NCBI GenBank assembly: GCA_038882975.1
Contig: JAVZNE010000006.1
Coordinates: 17,544 to 81,543 of the forward strand
From: Candidatus Bathyarchaeia archaeon
GTDB lineage: Archaea > Thermoproteota > Bathyarchaeia > Bathyarchaeales > Bathycorpusculaceae
DNA: 64,000 nt
Direction of reading: 5' to 3'
Positions within the stretch are counted from its first letter, which is position 1. Each line of letters begins with the position of its first letter. The notes below the pieces were generated by a model. It searched no databases. It was given only the letters and a program-made list of their open reading frames with translations, and had not been told where the DNA came from. Positions 1 through 8,273 of the stretch are shown here, one piece after another. Position numbers and translations under genes: made by a program.

Positions 1-116
1 AATAGATGGAGTGATCAAAACAAACACAATGATTATTTTGAGAAGTTGGTGAATATGGTTATGTTAAAGTCAGTAAATGGAAATAAGGATTGTTGCTTCA
101 TAGAGGTGAGCCTGAA

Positions 117-1169
117 GTGAAGAGGAAAGTGGCAATTCTCGGAGCGACGGGTGTTGTAGGTCAGAGGTTTGTTCAACTACTCCATAACCATCCATGGTTT
201 AAAATCGAAGTGTTGGCAGCGTCTGGAAAGTCGGCTGGAAAACCATATGGCAAGGCATGCACATGGATGCTGGAGTGTGAGATGCCACCTGAAATTGCTG
301 AAGTGGACGTGGTGAACTCTGATGTTAAGTCTGTTGAAAAAGCTGGGAACATAGACTTTGTCTTTTCAGCTCTGCCATCAGAGATCGCTGGCACAGTAGA
401 AGAGGAGTTTGCTGCGGCATATCCTGTCTTCAGCAAGGCAAGCGCCCACAGACTTAAGGAAGACGTTCCACTCTTGATTCCGGAAGTTAATCCAGAACAC
501 TTGGAGTTGGTGAAAGTTCAGAGGGAAAAAAGAGGATGGGATGGTTTTATATCAACGGACCCAAACTGTTCAACCATACAATTAGCAATCACTTTAAAAC
601 CGCTAATACAGTTCAGCCTAAAGAAAGTCGTGGTTTCATCGATGCAAGCCCTCAGTGGAGCAGGATTCCCAGGTGTGCCTTCCCTCAGCATTATCGATAA
701 TGTTTTGCCGCACATTCCGGGTGAAGAAGAGAAAATTGAGCAGGAAACCTTAAAAATTCTAGGCAAATTATGCAACAACAAAATTCTTCCAGCAAACATA
801 CAAGTTAGTGCAAGCTGCAACAGAGTAAACGTTAAGGACGGCCACTTAGAATGCGTCTTTGTAGAGCTTGAAAAGAAACCATCGGTGGAAGAAGTTAAGA
901 GGGCATTTAAAACTTTTATTGGAGAACCTCAGCGGCTTAACCTACCGTCTGCTCCTCAAAACCCCATAATAGTTAAAGAAGAAGAGGATAGACCCCAACC
1001 GAGACTTGATAGAGATGAAGGAAAAGGAATGAGTGTAGTCGTCGGAAGAATTAGAGAGGACCCCGTCCTAACAATCAAATACATTTGCCTAGGTCACAAC
1101 ACAATAAGAGGGGCCGCTGGAGCTGGACTACTAAGCGCAGAACTAGCCGCCAAAAAAGGCTACATTTAA
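117..1169 (+). CDS. asd: Aspartate-semialdehyde dehydrogenase (archaeal type)
   Basis: GATGVVGQ NADP-binding motif, catalytic PNCS, QALSGAG, CNRV..DGH, HNTIRGAAG; start moved to GTG 117 behind GAGGTGA SD. Confidence 0.95.
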   Translation: MKRKVAILGATGVVGQRFVQLLHNHPWFKIEVLAASGKSAGKPYGKACTWMLECEMPPEIAEVDVVNSDVKSVEKAGNIDFVFSALPSEIAGTVEEEFAAAYPVFSKASAHRLKEDVPLLIPEVNPEHLELVKVQREKRGWDGFISTDPNCSTIQLAITLKPLIQFSLKKVVVSSMQALSGAGFPGVPSLSIIDNVLPHIPGEEEKIEQETLKILGKLCNNKILPANIQVSASCNRVNVKDGHLECVFVELEKKPSVEEVKRAFKTFIGEPQRLNLPSAPQNPIIVKEEEDRPQPRLDRDEGKGMSVVVGRIREDPVLTIKYICLGHNTIRGAAGAGLLSAELAAKKGYI

Positions 1170-1201
1170 TGGAAAGTATGGGAAGCTTTCTAAGCTGTCT
1201 A

Positions 1202-1292
1202 TTAAATTATAGTGCCCCCTGATGCGAGCGTCAGCTCGCCATTCAGCTTGGCGTCAGCCGAAACCTCAAGGGGATGGGGGTTAAATTATAGT
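1202..1292. mobile_element. 67-bp GC-rich structured insertion flanked by 12-bp direct repeats (MITE/REP-like)
   Basis: TTAAATTATAGT at 1202-1213 and 1281-1292; interior has CCCCC near the left end, GGGGG at the right end, and hairpins GCGAGC-GTCA-GCTCGC and TTGGC-GTCA-GCCGA. Confidence 0.5.
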
Positions 1293-1372
1293 AAATTATT
1301 CATTATATGTATTTGCAATTCATAATTATTATATTTTTGACATTTCAAGCAAAGTTCAAAGGTTGTGAAAAA

Positions 1373-3370
1373 TTGAAGAAGAAAGCGTTAGTCTTTTTAA
1401 CGGCTTACCTAGTTGCTGCCCTATTCCCAGCAAGCCTTCTTCGCTTCGCTTCCGTGAAAGCCCACAGCGGCGTCGTGCTTTCAGCTTGGACTTGGGAAGC
1501 CCCAGCAATTGACGGAACCATAGGCGAGGATGAGTGGAGTGCTGCAGCTAAAATCGAATTTAACATAACTACTTCAGACCACATATATAACGGCACTCTT
1601 TACGTCATGAATGATTACGAAAATCTTTACTTAGCTGCTAAAATAACAGACGATGATTTTGGAACTGATGAAAGCACATATGACGTTTTCGCCTTCTTCT
1701 TCAACAATGACCATGATGGTTGGCCTCCTCCAGAACACGGAGACGATGGACTAGTTTGCTGGAGCATCAGCGGAAGACCATTTGACGTCTTCTTCTACAA
1801 CGACACCGTGGGATGGCCAAGCGATGCCGATTATGGAGGAGAACAAAATGGGGAGGCAGCAGCCTCTGGAGATGGCACTTATAACTATTTCGAGGTTGCT
1901 CACCCATTAGATTCAGATGATGACGCCCACGACTTTAGTCTAAAATTTAGAGATACCATAGAATTCCTTGTAGCCTATGCTGATAATGGCAGTAGCCTTG
2001 CTGGTTTTTGGCCTCCTTTAGGCTCAGCCTTGCCCGACATAAAGGTTGCTGCACCATTTTATCAAGGCGATTTAGTGTTGTCAGACGACGACGTTTACAT
2101 CATCAATGGAGAGTTTAATATTAACGGAAGCATAATCGTGACAGAAAACGCCACCCTCGTCTTAAAAGATGCTGCTGTAACCTTCACTCAAACAACTAAT
2201 TTCCAGTTTAACATAACTTTAAAAGACGCTGTAGACGGAAGACCACGTTTAATTGTGGACAACGCCACAATCGACGCTGGTGGCTTCATTGCAATAATGC
2301 TTTACGAGAACAGCACAGCTCAGATAAATCAACTAAAAGTAGCAGTCGCAACGTGCCTATGGTTAGAGCTAAGTGACATTTCATCTGCAATTGTGGAAAA
2401 CTCTGCTTTTCTAGGCATAATGCTATACGGCTCTTCATCCATAAATCTTGGCCATTCAACCGTCGGCGTCGCACACGTCTACAGTGCTGAGGGAATCAAT
2501 ATCATCGGTTCTTCATTGTTCGAATTATTCGCCTACCTTAATTCAACGGTGGAAGTTAAAGACTCAACAATTACCTGTTTAACAATCCATTCATCGACAA
2601 GGCAAACCCTCATCAGCGAGCTTGAACCATCCACGTTTTCATACTGGAACTATTTAGAAAACTGTTCGGTAATCCTTGAAAGCGGCGGCTACGCTCCAAA
2701 CGTAACCTTGCACAATACCCATGTGGGCAACTGGACCCTCTACTTCACGGATTCCCAGCACACAATAATTTACTTCTCAAAGCTGCATGAACTAAGACTC
2801 ATCGGTTCGTCAAAAGCTGCTGTTTATGATACATATGTTTATAAAGTGTGGCTTGCGGGATCTTCAAGGCTTAACGCCACCGATTCAAAAGCTCACGAGG
2901 CACATTTAAGTGGTTCCTCCATAATCTGGTCTGTAAACTCTACAGGCGAAGTTGTTCAAGTTAGCGGTCAAGCTGCGATATACGTGAACTGGTATCTCGA
3001 CGTTTACGTTAAAGATTCCCTTGGACAAGATGTGCCATACGCAAATGTAACAGTCACATGTGCCGATGGAACAGTAACCGCCAAAGGAAAAACAAACATG
3101 TATGGATGGGTTAGATTGACAGCGCTGGCGTCAATTATAAATGCTACTGGCGAGTTTCAACAATGGCCCCACAACGTTTCAGCAACTTATGAAATTTACG
3201 AAAACAGCACCATAGTTAACGTAAACGGAAACAGGCAAGTGACAGTTGTGTTGTCAGAGTTTATCGTTCCCGAGTTCTCCGCCTTACTTCCTTCGATGGC
3301 CGTGCTTGTAGCTGCCACGTCTGCAACCGCAATGCTTAGCAAGGGCAAAAACGCTAGGAAAAAGCATTAG
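1373..3370 (+). CDS. Secreted surface glycoprotein: CBM9/DOMON-like domain, beta-helix-like region, Ig-like domain, PEF-CTERM anchor
   Basis: Signal peptide from TTG 1373; PAIDGTIGEDEW motif; many NxS/T sequons; C-terminal VPEF + TM + basic tail. Confidence 0.75.
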   Translation: MKKKALVFLTAYLVAALFPASLLRFASVKAHSGVVLSAWTWEAPAIDGTIGEDEWSAAAKIEFNITTSDHIYNGTLYVMNDYENLYLAAKITDDDFGTDESTYDVFAFFFNNDHDGWPPPEHGDDGLVCWSISGRPFDVFFYNDTVGWPSDADYGGEQNGEAAASGDGTYNYFEVAHPLDSDDDAHDFSLKFRDTIEFLVAYADNGSSLAGFWPPLGSALPDIKVAAPFYQGDLVLSDDDVYIINGEFNINGSIIVTENATLVLKDAAVTFTQTTNFQFNITLKDAVDGRPRLIVDNATIDAGGFIAIMLYENSTAQINQLKVAVATCLWLELSDISSAIVENSAFLGIMLYGSSSINLGHSTVGVAHVYSAEGINIIGSSLFELFAYLNSTVEVKDSTITCLTIHSSTRQTLISELEPSTFSYWNYLENCSVILESGGYAPNVTLHNTHVGNWTLYFTDSQHTIIYFSKLHELRLIGSSKAAVYDTYVYKVWLAGSSRLNATDSKAHEAHLSGSSIIWSVNSTGEVVQVSGQAAIYVNWYLDVYVKDSLGQDVPYANVTVTCADGTVTAKGKTNMYGWVRLTALASIINATGEFQQWPHNVSATYEIYENSTIVNVNGNRQVTVVLSEFIVPEFSALLPSMAVLVAATSATAMLSKGKNARKKH

Positions 3371-3393
3371 GCTTGTCCCTTTGATCCCCATTT

Positions 3394-3954
3394 TTATTCT
3401 TTTGTTAGATATCCGCCGAACCCTACTGCCCATAGTAGAATTGGGTAAGCTATCATGCGCTCCATCCCACCCTTTCCTAAGCTAAGATACATCCCCCGTC
3501 CAAAAAGTATGAGCGCCGCCAGCGAAATCATGCCCAAAATAACTGCGAAGTAGGATAGAGGGGGCTTCTGAAACTTGTAGGAGGCTATGGCTGACAGTGC
3601 TCCAAACAAGAAGGCTGTTAGAGAAACTAGGAGATGTGTTATTCCGAAGTCCTCTGGGAATATTCCAACCCCCATGGCGCCGACTCCGCATAAAATTAGA
3701 AGGCATAGAAAGACCTTGTTCGCGATAGTTTGCCTCAGAAAGTAAGCACCAGCCGCCACTGTCAAGCCGAGCAGAAAAACAGAAGTGTTGAAAATGGGAG
3801 CTGAGGGTGCATCTAATTTTCCAAGGTCGCTTATGTAGTTGTTGGAAACGCTGTAGCTGGGATAAATGCACTCGGCGATCAACATGCATAAAATGAATTG
3901 GGTTGCCCCCACAAATATTAGGGCTCCAGCCACCTTACTACTTACCTGCTTCAT
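3394..3954 (-). CDS. DUF998 family membrane protein
   Basis: YSVSNNYISDLG, GVGIFPED..H and GGMER motifs; several TM helices. Confidence 0.8.
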   Translation of the reverse strand: MKQVSSKVAGALIFVGATQFILCMLIAECIYPSYSVSNNYISDLGKLDAPSAPIFNTSVFLLGLTVAAGAYFLRQTIANKVFLCLLILCGVGAMGVGIFPEDFGITHLLVSLTAFLFGALSAIASYKFQKPPLSYFAVILGMISLAALILFGRGMYLSLGKGGMERMIAYPILLWAVGFGGYLTKE

Positions 3955-4004
3955 AACATTAAATGAACTTCAGAGTTCATAAGCTTTAGTATCAAAGGCT
4001 CTTG

Positions 4005-4844
4005 TTATCCGAAGTTTTTGAGAAGGGCATGTATGGCTTTTCCAACACTTTCGCCCTTATATCCGCCTTCCAGAACAAAGAAGATCGGCTTCTGCAGAGC
4101 CGCGAGCATCTTGCCAATCTCATAATAGGTTCTTTCAGTTAATCCGAGAGAGGCCAAATCTCCAGCGTAGGCGTCGAAACCGGCTGAAACGGCTATCACA
4201 TCAATCTTTTGCATGTCCACTTTTTTTAAGGCTTCTTGGAGGGTTTTTAGGTAAACTTCCTCGCCGCAGTCCACTGGTAGTGGATAGTTTAGGCAGTTAG
4301 CCTCTGAATAGTAGCCAGTTCCGGGGTAGTGGGGATGCCTATGAAGTGAAACATAAACAACTTTTGGGTCTCCTTGGAAGATTTCTTGTGTTCCATTTCC
4401 GTGATGCCCATCAATGTCCAAAATGAGTGTGGGCTTGTCTAGGTGTTTGACTGCCACTGCGATGTTGTTTATGTAGCAGAAGCCCTTGGTATACGCGCCT
4501 AGGGCAATGCCATACTTGCCCGCGTGGTGTCCCGGTGGTCTCATGAGTGAGAAGCCTTGGATTTCTGCGGCTAGGATTGCGGCTCCGGCTGAAAGCCTTG
4601 CATACTCGTAAATGTTTTCGTAGGCTGGGGTATCTGGGTCCTCTATGGCTCCCCTTTTGAGCAATTCTATGTATTCCGGGTCGTGAACTTTTAGGAGGTC
4701 TTCTTCCTTGGCTGGTTCCGGTGTTATAAACTCGTAGCCTCGCTCCTTTAGGATTTCGTAGGCTTTTTTAACCCTTTGGGGGCTTTCAATATGCCACGAC
4801 CCATACTCTAAGCACTTTTCTGAAAAAATTATTTTCTTTTTCAC
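4005..4844 (-). CDS. Histone deacetylase/AcuC family Zn-dependent deacylase
   Basis: RPPGHHA, GFC, DIDGHHGNGTQ, SAGFD, LEGGY motifs all intact. Confidence 0.92.
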   Translation of the reverse strand: MKKKIIFSEKCLEYGSWHIESPQRVKKAYEILKERGYEFITPEPAKEEDLLKVHDPEYIELLKRGAIEDPDTPAYENIYEYARLSAGAAILAAEIQGFSLMRPPGHHAGKYGIALGAYTKGFCYINNIAVAVKHLDKPTLILDIDGHHGNGTQEIFQGDPKVVYVSLHRHPHYPGTGYYSEANCLNYPLPVDCGEEVYLKTLQEALKKVDMQKIDVIAVSAGFDAYAGDLASLGLTERTYYEIGKMLAALQKPIFFVLEGGYKGESVGKAIHALLKNFG

Positions 4845-4940
4845 TTGTGCACCAGCTGGTTTGTGCTTTTAGCTTAAATTGGCTAGTTTCATATATTAGT
4901 GTTCACATTTACTGTTGACGGTGGAAAAAGGCGAAATCTC

Positions 4941-6890
4941 ATGGTTTCAGAGAACCCCCTCGCAGAGTTGAGAAGAGAATGCGAATCCGTGTTAAGAGAT
5001 GCTATCGAAAAGCTTTCACTTGAAATGCCGCCTAAACGTTTGGTTTTTGAGAAGCCGCCAGTTTGGGAGTTTGGTCAGCTGGCCTCCTCCATATGTTTTG
5101 AGCTTGCTAAGCAGATTGGTGAAAAACCTCTGCTTCTTGCTGAACGCCTCATAAATGCCATGGATAGGTCAAAGTTTTCGTTGATAGGCAATGTCACAGC
5201 CGCTGGCGGGGGCTACATAAACTTTTATGCAAATTTTGCGAAATTCTCCGAGCTAACTATAGAGTCTGTTAGATGTTTGGATGACACATACGGGCTTGTA
5301 AAAGTTGAGAAGCCCTTGAAAATTATTGTTGAGCATACAAGCGTTAACCCGCTTCATCCAATACATATTGGACAGGCAAGAAATCCAATTCTCGGTGACG
5401 CCATTGCACGTTTGCTTTCGGCTAGGGGGCATGTGGTTTCACGACATTATTATGTAGATGATGTTGGAAGGCAGACAGCCGTAATCGCCTATGGCTATGA
5501 AAAGCTTGGAAGACCAAAGCCGCCAGAGAAGCCTGACCACTTCATTGGTAAAATTTACACTATAACAAGCTGCCTTGTGGAGATTAACCGTCTTAAAAGG
5601 GAGCTGGAGCGGGCTAAGGCTGTTTCAGCCGAGAACGAGATTGTGAAGATTAATAGGGAATTGGATGATTGGATGTCCGTCGCCTTCGAGTTAAAGAGCA
5701 AACATCCCGAGCTTTTTGAAAAGCTGCTTCGGAAAATGGGCGAAGATGAGGATCCGGAAAGGGTTGTTAGCGAACTGAATAGGGCTTATGAGGCTGGAGA
5801 CGCGAAAGCTAAGCGGCTTATTAGGGAGGTCAGCCAACTCTGCCTAGGAGGTTTTAGGGCTACCTTGAGCCGTGCAGGCGTTTTCTATGATTCTTGGGAT
5901 TGGGAGAGCGACCTTGTTTGGAGCGGGCTTGTAGCGGAAGTTCTCCAAAAGTTGAAGCAGACGCCCTATGTCTCCTTTCTCGGTGGCGTTTTAGAGTTTG
6001 AAGCTGGCAAAGTGGTTGAAGACCTTAACTTGAGGGATAAGCTGGGCTTGAGAAGGGATTATGTTGTTCCTTCTTTGACGCTTGTTAGGGCTGACGGTAC
6101 AACACTTTACACGACCAGGGATATAGCCTACACCCTATGGAAGTTTGAAAGAGCCGAAAAATGCATAAACGTCATTGGGATGGAGCAGTCTTTGGCACAG
6201 ATGCAGCTGAAAATAGCCTTATACGCTTTGGGCTACGCCAAACAAGCCGAAAACTTGACGCATTTTGCCTACAACCTTGTCACTTTGCCTGGTTATAAAA
6301 TGTCTAGTCGTAGGGGACGTTACATAACATTGGACGAGGTTATGGACGAGGCTGTGAGCAGAGCATATGATGAAGTTGCAAAACGTTCGCCTCAGCTGCC
6401 AGAGGGGAAGAAGCGTAAAGTTGCAGAGTTTGTAGGTATAGGTGCTGTCCGCTATGCGCTTGTGGAGGTTGACCCATCAAAGCCTGTCGAGTTCAGCTGG
6501 GAACGCGTGATAAACTTTGAGAGGAACAGCGCCCCATACATTCAGTATACTCATGCTAGGGCTTGCAGCATACTACGGAAAGCCTCGAGAAAGCCTGAAA
6601 AACTAGACCATGGCTTGTTGATGGAGAAGCTTGAGAATGAAATTGTCTTTGCCCTAGCCGAGTTTCCAGAAGTCTTCATGGAAGCGGCGGACCTTCTCAA
6701 GCCAAACATGGTAGCCGATTATGCGAATGCTTTGGCTGACAAGTTTAACACTTTTTACAACACTTTTCCTGTTATAAGGGCTGAACCGCCGGAACTTAGC
6801 GATGCAAGACTTGCACTGGTTGACGCCGTAAGAATTGTTCTGAGGAATGCCCTAAACCTTATTGGCATACATGCGCCAGAAAGGATGTAA
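4941..6890 (+). CDS. argS: Arginine--tRNA ligase
   Basis: EHTSVNP..HIGQARN, GTTLYTTRDIAY, KMSSRRG, PYIQYTHARACSI, PERM C-terminus. Confidence 0.95.
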   Translation: MVSENPLAELRRECESVLRDAIEKLSLEMPPKRLVFEKPPVWEFGQLASSICFELAKQIGEKPLLLAERLINAMDRSKFSLIGNVTAAGGGYINFYANFAKFSELTIESVRCLDDTYGLVKVEKPLKIIVEHTSVNPLHPIHIGQARNPILGDAIARLLSARGHVVSRHYYVDDVGRQTAVIAYGYEKLGRPKPPEKPDHFIGKIYTITSCLVEINRLKRELERAKAVSAENEIVKINRELDDWMSVAFELKSKHPELFEKLLRKMGEDEDPERVVSELNRAYEAGDAKAKRLIREVSQLCLGGFRATLSRAGVFYDSWDWESDLVWSGLVAEVLQKLKQTPYVSFLGGVLEFEAGKVVEDLNLRDKLGLRRDYVVPSLTLVRADGTTLYTTRDIAYTLWKFERAEKCINVIGMEQSLAQMQLKIALYALGYAKQAENLTHFAYNLVTLPGYKMSSRRGRYITLDEVMDEAVSRAYDEVAKRSPQLPEGKKRKVAEFVGIGAVRYALVEVDPSKPVEFSWERVINFERNSAPYIQYTHARACSILRKASRKPEKLDHGLLMEKLENEIVFALAEFPEVFMEAADLLKPNMVADYANALADKFNTFYNTFPVIRAEPPELSDARLALVDAVRIVLRNALNLIGIHAPERM

Positions 6891-6894
6891 CCTT

Positions 6895-7569
6895 TTAAGG
6901 TGCTTCTTGGATTATGGCTTTCGCTGTGCTTGTTCCTATGCGGTTGGCGCCAGCCTCTATCATGGCGACAGCGTCGGCGTAGGTTCTAATGCCGCCTGCG
7001 GCTTTAACGCCCATATCTTTTCCAACAACCTGACGCATGAGCTTAACATCCTCCACTGTGGCAGCTCCGCCAAACAAGCCAGTTGAGGTCTTAACGAAGT
7101 CGGCTCCAGCCTCTTTGACGATTTTGCATGCCGTTATCTTCTCTTCAGTGGTTAGGAGTGGCGTTTCAATAATCACTTTAACTGTTATGTTCCTGAACAA
7201 GCGTTTGATGTCGACAACAGCCCTTATGTCTTGCCTGACAAGTTCGTAGTCTCCTGATTTTAATGCGCCCAAATTAACGACCATGTCGAGTTCGCATGCT
7301 CCGTCTTCGATGGTTTTTATGGCTTCTAAGGCTTTAACCTCTGGTAAGGCGACGCCGAACGGAAAACCTACTGTTGAGCAAACTTTAATGCCTGTGCCTT
7401 CGAGAAGTGATGCTGCCAGCTTCACGTATGTTGGGTTTACAACAACGCATCCAAATCCATATTGGATGGCTTCCCAGCATAATTTCTCAACTTCGGTTTT
7501 GGTTGCTGTGGCTTTAACAAGGGTGGAATCTATTAGTTTGGCTAGTTGCTTTTTTGATATAGTCAACAA
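6895..7569 (-). CDS. deoC: Deoxyribose-phosphate aldolase
   Basis: VGFPFG, ELDMV, KVIIET, FVKTSTG, KAAGGIRT, RIGTS. Confidence 0.95.
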   Translation of the reverse strand: MLTISKKQLAKLIDSTLVKATATKTEVEKLCWEAIQYGFGCVVVNPTYVKLAASLLEGTGIKVCSTVGFPFGVALPEVKALEAIKTIEDGACELDMVVNLGALKSGDYELVRQDIRAVVDIKRLFRNITVKVIIETPLLTTEEKITACKIVKEAGADFVKTSTGLFGGAATVEDVKLMRQVVGKDMGVKAAGGIRTYADAVAMIEAGANRIGTSTAKAIIQEAP

Positions 7570-7632
7570 ATTTCACCTTACTTTTAGAAGGATGTGTAAG
7601 CATTTATTGGTTTCTAAAATGTTGGATGTTCC

Positions 7633-8100
7633 CTAATCTTGGGAAATTGTTGGTATTATTGGCATGTTGGCTTCTTTTGGCGTATAGGTTGGTGTGTAGG
7701 CGTATGGTTCTTCTGATGATGTTGGGTAGTATATGCGTCCATCCGGCGGAGTTAAGTTGTTGTAGTTGCTGTTTTGGTTTTGGGCTGAATCCTCAAGGGT
7801 TTGAATGTCTTCTTTTTGAAAGTTGCACTCTTCTGCAGGGTTTTGATTACCCATGTTTTGGTTTGGTTCCGCTGTTTTCTCCGTGTCTAAATTTACTGTT
7901 TGGTCGCCGCTATTTGGCTGTGTGCTGGTTTGAGGGGCTTGCGTGTTTTCTTCGATTTTTCCAGAGGATTCCTTCAATGCGTTGCTGGCTAATTTGTTTT
8001 CATTGATGGGGGATGGCGTTAGATTCTGGTTGGTTATAGCCAAGCTTGTTAAAGATAGAAGGAGAGTTATCGCCATTAAGGCTAGGAGGACTTTTCGCAT
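7633..8100 (-). CDS. Hypothetical secreted low-complexity (N/Q/T/P-rich) protein
   Basis: N-terminal signal peptide followed by polar, likely disordered sequence. Confidence 0.6.
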   Translation of the reverse strand: MRKVLLALMAITLLLSLTSLAITNQNLTPSPINENKLASNALKESSGKIEENTQAPQTSTQPNSGDQTVNLDTEKTAEPNQNMGNQNPAEECNFQKEDIQTLEDSAQNQNSNYNNLTPPDGRIYYPTSSEEPYAYTPTYTPKEANMPIIPTISQD

Positions 8101-8273
8101 AGTTTAACTTCTCCCTTCTCTTTTGTATTTAATAAAGGGCTCTTAGATTTATTATTTTCTGGTTTTAACAAGGTTTTTCACGCGCTTAGCATAGCATAGA
8201 AAAAGATTCCACAAAGCTCAAAAAGGTTTACGTAATAATTTTATTATTGCCGAAATTGGAGAGGAGAGAAGAA

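Noticed and set aside
1219-1265. Hammerhead ribozyme (CTGATG...CGAAAC)
   Set aside because: The core reads CTGATGC rather than CUGANGA, and stems I and III with the cleavage triplet could not be built.
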